Translations under genes and position numbers: made by a program
From: Phoronis australis
Lineage: Eukaryota > Animalia > Phoronida
Assembly (NCBI GenBank): GCA_002633005.1
Contig: NMRA01000311.1
Coordinates: 461,297-496,762, forward strand
Direction: 5' to 3'
DNA length: 35,466 nt
Shown: piece after piece, positions 21,967-32,617 of the stretch
Layout of the letters: the number at the start of each line of letters is the position of its first letter
Numbering within the stretch: the stretch's first letter is position 1
The notes under the pieces: model-generated
Told to the model about the DNA's origin: nothing
Databases searched by the model: none
The model's input: only the letters and a program-made list of their open reading frames with translations

Positions 21967-22389
21967 CTGTAACGTAAGAGTTTTATCGTTTTACATGTTT
22001 TTACATTGGTCTTTCCGGTCTTTGTATTCATATACTTACATTTACTAAAGATGCACTCAGATACACACACCTACTGTTAGATCACAAGCTGCCTCAACTC
22101 CACAAACTTTTGTTTTTTTATGCAAAATGGCTTGAGCGGCTGCCCAAACTAGTAAAATCTCAAATTACAGCAGTTTATGAAGAGTTTAGAAGCACAAATT
22201 GCTACAACGCAATCAAAACGCAGTTAGGTGCAGTTACTTTTTGTACAAGGCTTCACAGTATGCTCTGCCGGATGGCTTACCCCGAAACATGAAAATGGTA
22301 AACTACCGTAATGACCAGACCTGGGCGGACAATAGCGCTTCCCCCTTTGGGAGTCAAGAGATTGAAAAGAATGGAATCACAAGCAATAT

Positions 22390-22447
22390 AACTGAGACGA
22401 TTGTGGAAAGGTTAACTGTGACGATTGTGGAAAGGTTAACTGTGACG
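22390..22447. repeat. 24-bp tandem repeat, about 2.4 copies (AACTGTGACGATTGTGGAAAGGTT)
   Basis: Direct reading; intronic. Confidence 0.85.
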
Positions 22448-23088
22448 GATAATACGACTGTGACAGTTGAGAAATGAGATGCCGTGTTTGATTAAAACTC
22501 ACATGTTGGCGGACTGACTTAATAACATACGCAATGACACTGCAAGACTTGTATACAGAATATAAAGATTAACGTAACTGTCGCATTGTCGTTTGTTAAT
22601 TCGGATGCCGTGCGATAGGAAAGTACTGCATTGAAAATACTCATGAGTTTAAAACTATTCTCTGTTTTTCGTTCAGATTGTTTGCCATTAGAGTAATTTT
22701 AAATAGAATAGCAGTGCGCTCGCAAAATTGCGACAGTTTGTGACTGAAATATATGTACAACCTGTCAATTTGAGGATTACGACAATTTGTGAATCTCCAC
22801 GTTCTAACTTCAAACTGACACAACGAAAAATTACCGCAAGACAGTCTGTGCATTAAAGTTTGGAAAAAACTTTTAAAATTTGAAGATTGCGACAGACTGT
22901 GCAGTTTCAACAGATCGTGGTACTAATAGCAGCTGCTCATTAAAGTTGGAACGATTGGACGCACAAAAGGAGAGGTTCCAACGAAACCGTTGCTCACGTC
23001 TACATGTACGTGTAGTTGAATGCTTAGCTTGCCACTTAAACTATTGTGTGCGTTATCTTCAACTCAGCATTTTGTTACATCCACTTAC

Positions 23089-23272
23089 CGAGAGGCAACT
23101 AACGACTCCAGGAAAGCTTGTGCTGAGGCGTTGTGGATATATGCAAGATAACCTCCGATAGTGACGCAGTTATTAACGGCGTCCAACCAAGTTCTTGTCT
23201 TGGTGTCGTGGTAGTAACATACGCCAAAAGGAGACGCCGTCCATGCGGGAGATGGACATGACGTGGAGATGA
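23089..23272 (-). CDS. C-type lectin domain, N-terminal exon
   Basis: Acceptor tttttaTAG| (phase 1). Translates to ISTSCPSPAWTASPFGVCYYHDTKTRTWLDAVNNCVTIGGYLAYIHNASAQAFLESLVAS, with the CP..W, CY, W.DA...C...GG.LA.I hallmarks. Donor CG|GTAAGT (phase 2) matches the next exon. Not present in the ORF track. Confidence 0.9.
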
Positions 23273-23632
23273 CTATAAAAAATTCTTTGTGACAAAAGTG
23301 AAGCTTAATTCGATGGTCTGTAAAATTTCCAGATATTCTCGAATTCTAGATGCAACGTTCTCTATAGTACAACGTTACTAACAACAATATGCTAATCAGT
23401 CATGAAACATTGACCTGTTATTCAACTGTAGTAGTTTCACAGAACTAACACTAGACAGCTAGTAACGGTTATTAATGATAAATTATAACTATTTTGCTGG
23501 AACTGCCAAATGGAATTTGACGCTAAGCACTAATGTACTATGGAGAAAAGGGTGCACAATCATGGGTCAGACAATTAGTAAGTTCCTCGTGCGGCATGGT
23601 GCAGTGAAATAGCCTCGGGAGGTCATTAACTA

Positions 23633-23992
23633 TTACCTAGGAACATGGGAACTGGTGCCTAGGCGCAACAAATGCACAAATGTTACCTTGGACCATGGGA
23701 ACTAGTACCTAGGAGCAAAAAATGCACAAGAGTTACCTAAGACCATGGGTACTGGTGCTTAGGAGCAACAGCTGTAGGCCTACAAGTGTTACCTAGGACC
23801 ATGGGTACTGGTGCCTAGGCGCAACAAATGCACAAGTGTTACCTCGGACCATGAGAACTGGTGCCCAGGCGCAACAATTGTAGGTCTATAAGTGTTACCT
23901 AGGATCATGGGTACTGGTGCCTAGGCGCAACAATTGTACAAGTGTTACCTAGGACCATGTGTACTGGTGCCTAGGCGCAATAAATGCACAAG
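23633..23992. repeat. Minisatellite, 7 copies of a 50-bp unit (two are 56-bp variants): TTACCTAGGACCATGGGTACTGGTGCCTAGGCGCAACAAATGCACAAGTG
   Basis: Direct reading, in intron 1 of the lectin gene. Confidence 0.92.
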
Positions 23993-24330
23993 CTTTTATG
24001 AGGGATGAAAACGATTCTATGGCAGCCACTCTAAACTCAATCTATACCCGGGAGAATTTTCGGCGTTTGTTTGCAGTTTAGGGAAGCGGGGATGGAAAAT
24101 GTTGCGCGGTCGCGATGTTTGCTGGGGATTGTTGTAAGTGTAATTCTCAGTCGAGGCCATAGAATCGTTTCTACCCCGTCTTTTGTTCTCAAAATATAAG
24201 CGATTGGGTGCACCTTATACTCTACTTGGGTCTCACAATGCATGAATGCACGTTATGGTATAAACAAATCCTAGGAAACAATTATCTCTTAACATTAAAT
24301 TCCAACATGCCAAAAATCGAATAGTCATAC

Positions 24331-24403
24331 CTATATTGTGGATGATGACATAGGACAATAATGCCGCAAATACAAGATGCGTCGATGCCAATATCCTGTC
24401 CAT
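24331..24403 (-). CDS. First coding exon (signal peptide) of the lectin gene
   Basis: MDRILASTHLVFAALLSYVIIHNI with donor G|GTATGA (phase 1), matching the 23272 acceptor. It has a hydrophobic core and a TATA box just upstream. Confidence 0.7.
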
Positions 24404-24447
24404 GAAGATGCTTCTGTGTTATTGACAATCTATCGAAGGTACTTGCC

Positions 24448-24453
24448 TTTATA
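24448..24453 (-). promoter_or_regulatory. TATA box (TATAAAG) of the lectin gene
   Basis: Minus strand AATATAAAGG, with an Inr-like TCAATA about 28 nt downstream (~24425) and the ATG at 24403. Confidence 0.55.
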
Positions 24454-25199
24454 TTTTGCATCTGCAAAGCGACTACCAATTGCACGATATGTGTTCGCCA
24501 AGAATTTATCGACTCAGTAATGGGTCTTAACGTTTTTGAAACGATCGGTTTGCATTTATTCGATATCCAGGGGGAAATCACACTGACTATATTGTTTAAA
24601 GTGAGTGCTTTGTAAATAATATTCATCAAAAAATAGTCAGTTTGTCACAATATTCCAGACAATCGATGGAAGCTGAGAGTTCGTTACAATACAAATATTG
24701 GCTTCTACGAATCGAATCAGTCGAGCGCAATGTTGATTTTGACACGAAACAAAGTTACAAAATATCGCCTGAAGTGCAAGAATAACATGGGAGAAGTTAA
24801 TTCAAATAGACTAACTAAATCGTATCAACGAGGTTATGTCCGGTAAGAAATGTACCCATGCAGATAAGCAATTGTCAAATATACAATTTCTACGAATTTC
24901 GTGAGCACACCTTGCGATAGTGAAAGCTTATCTTAATTATTGTTCAATGCTTCAATCGACGTATTGCTGGTTTCCATGGAACAACTGAAAAAGAGGCAGG
25001 GATCTCAACCAAATCTTCACGAAGACGCTACAATGGGTCGCGGAAACCCAAGATTTCTGAGTATACGGGTATTTAAATGAAAGACGACAGTATTTGCTTG
25101 TTTAGTATGACGCTATTTCGACCTTTTGAAACCAGTCAAATAAAAATATAATGCCAAAATCTTTAACAACGGGTTCAAATTTTTAAAGCAGAACAATAA

Positions 25200-25345
25200 A
25201 TTGCTAAGCACTTTGAAATTTATTTACTAAGCCCTGGTTATAACCTTAATCCTTCTAAACTCCCCAGGAGCATACACATTTCAGTAAAATGAGTGCACAC
25301 GATTAATTCAAGTCCACAACTGTACAAAATTCTAGTACCAAATTG
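25200..25345 (-). mobile_element. Possible old Deu/Nin-domain SINE remnant
   Basis: The minus strand reads GTATGCTCCTGGGGAGTT, resembling my recollection of the conserved Deu/Nin core (GTATGCTCCCCAGGGAGTT), followed by an AAAGTGCTTAG tail-like motif. Highly diverged. Confidence 0.3.
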
Positions 25346-27244
25346 CCTCCATGAAGATGTGAAACGGAAGTAACTTGTTAGAGTAGACATGCAGATGTTT
25401 TGAATGAAATACGACTGTAGACTGTATGTTTCTATTCTTACTTGTGCACGTTCATTTTACAGTATTATGGATACAACCCGTCATTTTCCGCACTCCTTTG
25501 TACATACATGTATGTAGTGATGTACACGATAACGTCAGACGGAAATGGGCGAGCTTTGCATCGAATGAGATGCATTTGTGGGTCCAAGTCGCGTCGTGTT
25601 ATTGGCAGAGTAAACATCCGAATTGAAACTGAATCGTTGAGGAGCCGTTCGGCACGGCGTCAATTTGGATACCGCAACTTCTGCTGTAAACAGCCACGAA
25701 AAACAATGTTAGCAACACCTTTGTTTGGGCTTCACTTTGTCAAAAGTCGACAATGTAATTCAAAATTCTAAAGTGGAGAAAATAGCTTTCAGTTCTTGGC
25801 CACGAATTCATGTTACCATTAGTGAATATCGCAGATTTGTTTTAATATATAATTTATCTCTGAGTTCATGCACATGTCGGCAAGGTTGGGCGACTGAAGT
25901 CCAATTGATCGTGACACGACTAGTCACTTATCAAGTTAAAATACTTTTTCGTGAGCAGGGATCTTGCAAAAGCACTCTATGGTGTTTTCTGTTCACCAAC
26001 AACGTGGTGTCATGGCGAGCATTTCTAGAAGGTACATTGTGAGTAAACAGGTGAGACTGCAATCACGAACAATTAGTACGTAGGTGAATGAAGCATTTGG
26101 AGAAACAAGCATATTTTGACCTGAAAATTAATATGGGAAAGCGCATTCCCACATAAAATTGAATCACTGACATGGATTTATTGACATGAGAAATTAATCC
26201 TTTAAATTGAATACCTACAACAACGAGCCCTTTTCGAATACACATACACTCGCAAGGTTTCGATAGAAATCGGAATGCCTTAAAGCCTAACTTCAACGGA
26301 ATTTTGCTATTTTATTCTTAGATGTATTGGGCTTACCAGATAGTCCTGGCAAAGACGTATTAAAATAAGAAAACGCGAGTTTAATCACGTAAATGTAAGC
26401 CCGTCACATGAAAGGTGATGTTGCCTTTTAGGTGCTATTAGTGTCACCGCAAGATCCCAGCACAAACAATAAAATGCCGATAACTGTTGTATTGAATAGA
26501 GGTCTGAATAGAACACCATTGCGTGAGGGTGTAATTCGCAGCGGCTTTAATTAAAAGCTGATTCTCCCGGTGACGTAGACAAAAGCAGTTCTTTACATTT
26601 GACAATTTATGGCAATAGTTAGCTCAGAGCGATGCTCTTAACATACTGCAAGAACCAAATTTACAGGTGTTACCGTTGAAGACAAGCTTTAAACGCGAAG
26701 GATGTGATCGCACTAGTTTTATTCGCGTGAATGATTCTTGTGCCGAAGGTGGGAGAGGGGAGGAGGCGGAGAGGGGCATAAAAACTGAGTATACGTGTAT
26801 ATCCCCAGTCTACACCAATTTCTCCCTCCCGCGGTAGACACAATATCCACTCCTTCCCGGTCGTTAGGGCTGCGTTCCGCAAACACAAGGAATTAGCGAG
26901 TAAAGCTAGTTTTCAGTACACTCTTTCTCTGTGTCAGGTTTAGTGGGGCTGCTGCAGAATGCATTAGTGATCACGTGCACCCCTAGTCTTGCTTTTCTAG
27001 CAATGTCCTAGTGTTACTGAACTCGTCCGTATAGTGGCACCACCTGGCCAGGACTGTGGTCATCCTAATCCTAAGATGGCGGTCTTCAAGAATGCGACCT
27101 CCACTATAGGCGGCTTTCAACACGTCTGGACAAATCGCTGTACTTTAAGTGGTGCCCCAACTAGTATCTCAAACAAAGCAGCATTGGTTGCTTGATAGAG
27201 TTGGACGTACAAAATGTCATTATATGATTATGACTACAGTCATG

Positions 27245-27734
27245 AAAAGGTCTTAATATCATGTGCTCAGCAAAACATCTTTTCCACAAGTTTCCGCGAC
27301 AACTTCTTCATCCAGGCATAGCTCGAATCGGACTTTTTATGTTCAGAATCTCGATATGTCTTGAGAAACAATTTGTTGCTGAGCGGAAAATCTCCCGGCG
27401 ACAAATGTGTTACGTCAGCCACCGCAACTCTGACCAATTGATGATTAGTCACTTATAGGGGTCTTGCAGTTTGCGAACCGGTATTATCCACTGAACAACA
27501 GGCATCAAATTGGTTTTTAAAACCCGGGACCCCTGTATAAACCAGTCACAAACCACAGCTACTCACATAATTTTTCGCAAACGGCGGTTTTTAAAGCGTG
27601 AAATGTGCAACGTACACGATAGCTTAAAAACATGCCTGGATAATCTGTTCTGTTCACGTTTCCTGCACAATACTTAGCAGCCAACAATTAAAGAAATTTG
27701 TCAATAAAAAGGTCTTAATATCATGTGCTCAGCA
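27245..27734. repeat. Perfect 28-bp direct repeats (AAAAGGTCTTAATATCATGTGCTCAGCA) flanking 434 bp of unique sequence
   Basis: Copies at 27245-27272 and 27707-27734. Confidence 0.85.
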
Positions 27735-28659
27735 CCATCTTCAAAATTGAAACTTCTAACTCTGTATCCGCTTCCGCCAGATTAAGATCTCTATGGTCGG
27801 TCTCGTTTCTAATCCAACCAATGGAATTCAAACTAGGTCATTTGGTTAACTGTTGAAGTACTCAGCGACAAATCGGATAGCGTCTAGAGCAAGGCATGAG
27901 TGTGGAAAATGTTGACATTTTTGCATATACATGTAGCGGGTACTGCCGGCTTCTTTCATTAAATGACTTTTTCTGTTTCGATTTGGAACTGGTACTGTAT
28001 TTTACTTGCAGCTACCGCAGGTGCTATATTAAATTAAATTTGCAATATTTGGACAAAGTCGTATTCCATGGTTTAACAACCTTGTTTACAGACGGGTTAA
28101 TTGTCTATTGTAATGAATTTGCCAATAAAAGTCTGTCGACCCTATTCCATCGAATACACAATTCTTTACCTTTGTCACAGCGACAATTTTTGTTAACAGT
28201 AGATACCAAATCATTGCGTTTTCTCAGCATGAAATTGCTTAGAAATAGTAAAACAGTTTGTGTCATATAGTTGATGGTGGTATCGATTTTTCAGAAATCA
28301 AGTAAGGATGCAACGCATCAGAATGTCGGTTCCGTCCACGTTTCACGGTGTTCGTTTCTCTGTTCTCACGATTCAGATCTAAGAGCTGCATAAATCTTGT
28401 ATATTTTTATACACTGTAAAAATATTCGCAAGTTCATCTTTTGTTACTGAGAAAATTGGTACAGATTATTTTCCATGCAATATTGTGCTAATAATAACAT
28501 GACTAAACCGTCATTTGTCAGTTGGGAAGTGGGAGTGTCAGACCAACTTTTAGTTTTGAGTCTTTAGTCAATTTTCATGAAACGCACCCCCGAAGCAATA
28601 GAATGATATTAGAGATTAGAGTGCACGAACTGCAGTTATGAAGTACAGGTTGGTGTTAC

Positions 28660-29185
28660 ATTGTTAATGTAGTTGCTTTCAAACCTTTTCGGAAACTTTC
28701 CAATATGCTGTGTAAACTGAAGTCGCCAATCCCTTTATTGAACAAGAGCAATGTTGTGTATAGGTTGAATGTGGCAACTGTAAGGAATTCTATATCGGAC
28801 TCACACAGAGACGCCTCTGTGACAAGTTGAAAGAACATCACACCTCAGAGAAAAGTAACATATATAGGAGCTGTGTTAGCAACAATCACCAAGCTAATTC
28901 AGTTAGTATTATCTGCAGAGAACCTAATAAAGGAGTTACTGTACATTAAGGAGTCATTGCCCATTCAGAACCAACATGCCACTGATTCTCTGAAATAGCA
29001 TGCAGAGCTCAGTGACCCTGCAACTATCATAGCTAGGTGATGACCTGCTACTGACTATATTCCCTGTATCTCTCACTTCACTTTATGCATGTTACCTGAG
29101 CTGTATGTTGGCACTTGTTGTTCTAAATTGTTGTAAATATGATGCCTAAAGAAAAAGACGAAACGTTGAATTGAACATGAACTTT
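28660..29185 (+). mobile_element. Penelope-like retroelement 3' fragment (GIY-YIG endonuclease, frameshifted)
   Basis: Manual translation: VAFKPFRKLSNMLCKLKSPIPLLNKSNVVYR / VECGNCKEFYIGLTQRRLCDKLKEHH...NNH...SIICRE / LYIKESLPIQ. This matches the VVY-CxxC-YIG-T-R-L...EH signature. The 3' region contains CGAAACGTTG. Confidence 0.8.
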
Positions 29186-29573
29186 TTTATTTGTGCGGCT
29201 ATCGTCCGGTTTTTGATCATGTTTAGTTTTAGAATCGCCAAAATCGCCCAACTACAAATGAAGTTACGACAATCAATTCTTTTCGAACGTACATGTCCCA
29301 GTTCGCTCTGGGTTGGACTGTGTTCACAGGTGGTCTGTCATAAGCCTAGTAGATGGTTGGCCTGCCTGTTGTAATACCAGACAAAAGACTGTGCTGGCAG
29401 TAACAAAGAGCTAGATGTTATCACACACTCACAACCCTCTACGTCTAGTAAAGTCACTTAATGGGAAAACGCCTCTGCTGTTGTCTACACCGATACGCAA
29501 GTGCCGCCAATTTAAAAGCATAGCCTTGTTCAGTGTGGAATTCTTGACGCGAATCACTAAGTTAGCCTTCAGT

Positions 29574-30967
29574 CAAGTGGAAATTGCCAAATATCGGAAA
29601 GGTAATGACATATCTTAACATTAATTTCTGGAATCTATAATAAAAGAGCTTTCGCTTATGGTCTCCTCTCTTACGCCGAGGCTGTCATAAACTTCTGACT
29701 TTAAGTACAAAAAAGGTAAAATCTCACTTTTTGGGCATTGTAACATTTCGATGTTTTCCAGTGGACGTAGAATGGTAAAAGACGTTGTTTTGCTGAAACC
29801 TTTCATCTTTGAGAAACCCCAAAGAGTGAACTTTCTGTCAGTTATGCCCCTTTTCAGGTATCTTGAGACAGCTGTGTAAACAAGGGCTTACAGTGATCCA
29901 GACCACTCGAACTGTGGTCTTTACCCAAACGAAGAACTCTCGCCGCAAGTGCATACTTAATGTATTCAGTCTACTCAACGCAGTTAGTTGACGTCTACTC
30001 GTGAGTCGGATACACGCATTAGAAAGCACTCGCTTGTCTTTCTAAAGTAAACCACGTGAACACAACAGGCATTCTGGGAACATGAGACAAGGCAATCGAG
30101 ACATGAGACATCACCAATGATGCGGAACGACAAAGTTTCGGACGGAATACTATCCATGATCCGGAAAACAGATGAATTTTCTTGCTTTGAGAACCTTTGG
30201 GTGTCGACGTCTGCTACAATTGTATTGTCGATTGGAGTGCCACTTATATAGACGCAAGGGTCTGGAAAGAAAAGAAAAGAACAACGTGTTTGCAACATCT
30301 AGTAACACTTTGACTGAACTGCTTTTCCTGCGAGCAATAAGGTACAGCTCAGGCAAGACGACAAAGTATACCCAGTGCTTTAAGATTAGAACCCAAAACA
30401 AAAATCATATTTCCGTCGCATGGAAAAAGGTTTCTGTCGCAGAGAAAAGTTTCGGACTTTCCAACTCAAATATTAAATATTAGTCCAGGTAGAAACCTCG
30501 AAGTAGCTTTGTTCTTCAAAGCTCATAGTGAAATGCATTTCCACAAAACCATTTTAATAGCAGTTTCATTTAAAAGATATTAATTCACACACCGTTGCGT
30601 TTAAACGAGACAAGAAGAATGCATGATTGCCAAAATTAGTTATACAGCGGAGTTTAATGTACAAAGGGACTGGAACTGGACTTTTACTGCTGAACCTGGA
30701 AACGTGATTTTGCGTCATGTTCCAAGCTTAAACGTTAAAAGGTCGTCGAAATTACCCTAGCTAACCCTTTTTACGTTGGAAACGTACCTGAGCAGTTCAA
30801 CTCAATTACACCTTCTTGAAACCGTTTTTTAAGGGACAGAACAACTTTTAAAAAGACTCCTCGTTTGGCCATTGGAAACGTACCAGGACATTCATGAACA
30901 TTACATGCCACTGTCTGTGTAGTATTTCCAGTACAATTAGTTCCCCCATTGGTCGGGGTGGGGTTGG
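29574..30967. repeat. Segmental duplication copy 2 (paralogous to 16355..20089)
   Basis: Colinear similarity across 3' UTR, PAN exon, intron and TSP1 exon. The intron is 622 bp here versus 2979 bp in copy 1. Confidence 0.9.
29984..30261 (-). CDS. Terminal exon with PAN/Apple-like Cys module (paralog copy 2)
   Basis: Acceptor ttcttttctttcCAG| (phase 1), matching the TSP1 donor. Translates to PCVYISGTPIDNTIVADVDTQRFSKQENSSVFRIMDSIPSETLSFRIIGDVSCLDCLVSCSQNACCVHVVYFRKTSECFLMRVSDSRVDVN*. Confidence 0.75.
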
Positions 30968-31051
30968 AGCAAGTTCTTGTTCCTGTCTTTGTGCCACCTC
31001 CACAGGTAACAGTGCAAGCTCCCCATTCCCAGTCGGACCAGCTGCCATTAA
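30884..31051 (-). CDS. Thrombospondin type-1 repeat (TSP1) exon, symmetric phase 1-1 (paralog copy 2)
   Basis: Acceptor tttctacatgTAG|. 168 nt translating to NGSWSDWEWGACTVTCGGGTKTGTRTCSNPTPTNGGTNCTGNTTQTVACNVHECP, with six Cys, WSxW and CxxTCGGG. Donor G|GTACGT. Confidence 0.92.
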
Positions 31052-31429
31052 CTACATGTAGAAACATTGAGTCAAAAAGGCGTTGAACTGTGTGAAAGGT
31101 CTCTAATTGAAAAAGAGTAGTACAGCGAAAATTGCTTTTAATCAGCTAGACTATAGGACCATATGCCGTTAAAAAAGAGGAAGTTTACACCAAGCTTTAG
31201 AAAAGACTCGACCAAAAACGGCCAGTCGTTTTAGTGGCAGGCTTTGAGTGAACTTTCATATTTCAGGCGGCATGATAGGCCAATTTTCAAGTCAAATCTT
31301 GATTAATACTAGTCTGGTAGACACGGGTCTGATATACGGTTAATTTATCCGTTGTCCTGATTAAATTGTTACGTGACTGTAGGACTCTGCAGTCACAGAC
31401 ACTAAAGCCTCTTTTCTAATGTTACGTGA

Positions 31430-31752
31430 CCAGCCCTTACAAAAATGAACTTAAGTTTTTATCGAAAAACTTAAGCTTTTGGTCTGAAATAATTAAGTTT
31501 TCATTCACGAAAACGTAAGTTTTTGTCAAAAACTTAAGTATTTTGGAACAAACTTAAGTTTTCATAACTTATTTTTTCAAAAACTTAAGCTCTAAAACTT
31601 GAGTTTTTCAAAAACCTAAGTTGTATAACATAAGTTCTGAAAACTTCAGTTTTGAACGCTTAAGTTTGTTCCAGAAATTAAGTATTTTGGAACAAATTTT
31701 TATCTACAAACATAATTTATCAAAGAACTAACTGTTGAAAACTGAAGTTTTC
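31430..31752. repeat. Array of palindromic AAACTTAAGTTT-like motifs with overall foldback symmetry (MITE-like)
   Basis: More than 12 variants of the motif. TTTGGAACAAACTTAAG (~31542-31558) is an inverted match to CTTAAGTTTGTTCCAGAA (~31658-31675). Confidence 0.7.
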
Positions 31753-31899
31753 CAAGAGCAATAAGTATCAATAAGACAGCCTTTCAGAAAATTCGATTTT
31801 CACTAAAACTAGAGTGGTAAGTAAATTTAAAAGTGTTGAGGTCTACTCTCCTTGCAGGCCTTGAGCAATGACTCAACAAGTTACTCACTCACAGAAAGA

Positions 31900-32617
31900 T
31901 TTGAAGGGTTGTAGGCATATTTGTCCAGTTTTTAATGACGTTAAGACACCTTCTAAGCCAGAGTGTAAATGGGGAATAGAGTTACAATAGTTAAGATTGG
32001 AAGAAATTATACTTATTATATTGCCTTGTGAAATTACAAAGGATCACAACATTAGATGGTTCCAATTTAGATTACTACACAGGATTATTGCAACAAGTAT
32101 CCTTTTAGTCAAAATCTGTGTTCGGGATTATAATTTATGTTTCTTTTGTAATAAAGCTCCAGAGACGCTGTCACACCTTTTTTGAGAATGTTGCCTTGTA
32201 CAAAATTTCTGACAGGAATTCGGAAAGCTAATTCAAAAGTTTCGCATTCAGCTTATCAACTATCTCTCTTACGAACGTGTTATTCTTGGACTTGATGAGA
32301 CGCACGATTTTCTGTTTAAGATTTTGCTTCTACTAGCCAAACAGTACATTTACAAGGAGATGTCACAAAAATACCTAATTTTCGTTACACATACCTATGA
32401 ATACTATAATGTTGAAAAATATATGACAGCTTCTCTGCGAAATGGGAAAATTTCATTGTTCACTTTAACTCCATGTAGAAGTTGTTTACTTTATACAAGA
32501 TACGAGAATGGTCTCTCCTGAGGTGTGCATGCGTGAATGAATGGTTGTACTTATTTGTTTGTTCGTTTTTGTACTTGTTTATAAATGATAATAAATACTT
32601 TAAAAAACAAAAAACAA
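31900..32617 (+). mobile_element. 5'-truncated, decayed non-LTR retrotransposon 3' end (L1/Tx1-type zf-RVT region)
   Basis: TKDHNIRWFQFRLLHRIIATSILLVKICVRDYNLCFFCNKAPETLSHLF*EC (CxxC...ET..H.F..C zinc finger), followed by ILG...ILLLLAKQYIYK. It has stops and frameshifts, and ends with AATAAA and an A-rich tail at 32590-32617. Confidence 0.85.

Noticed and set aside
23633-23992. CRISPR-like array (palindromic ~30-bp core with intervening sequence)
   Set aside because: The intervening parts are homologous rather than unique spacers, there are no cas genes, and the context is a eukaryotic intron.
26336-26410. Alternative upstream exon for the lectin gene (G|GTAAGC donor)
   Set aside because: No in-frame ATG before a stop. 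The 24403 exon with its TATA box fits better.
26747-26775. G-quadruplex candidate
   Set aside because: Only three runs of three or more G. Ordinary purine-rich low complexity explains it.
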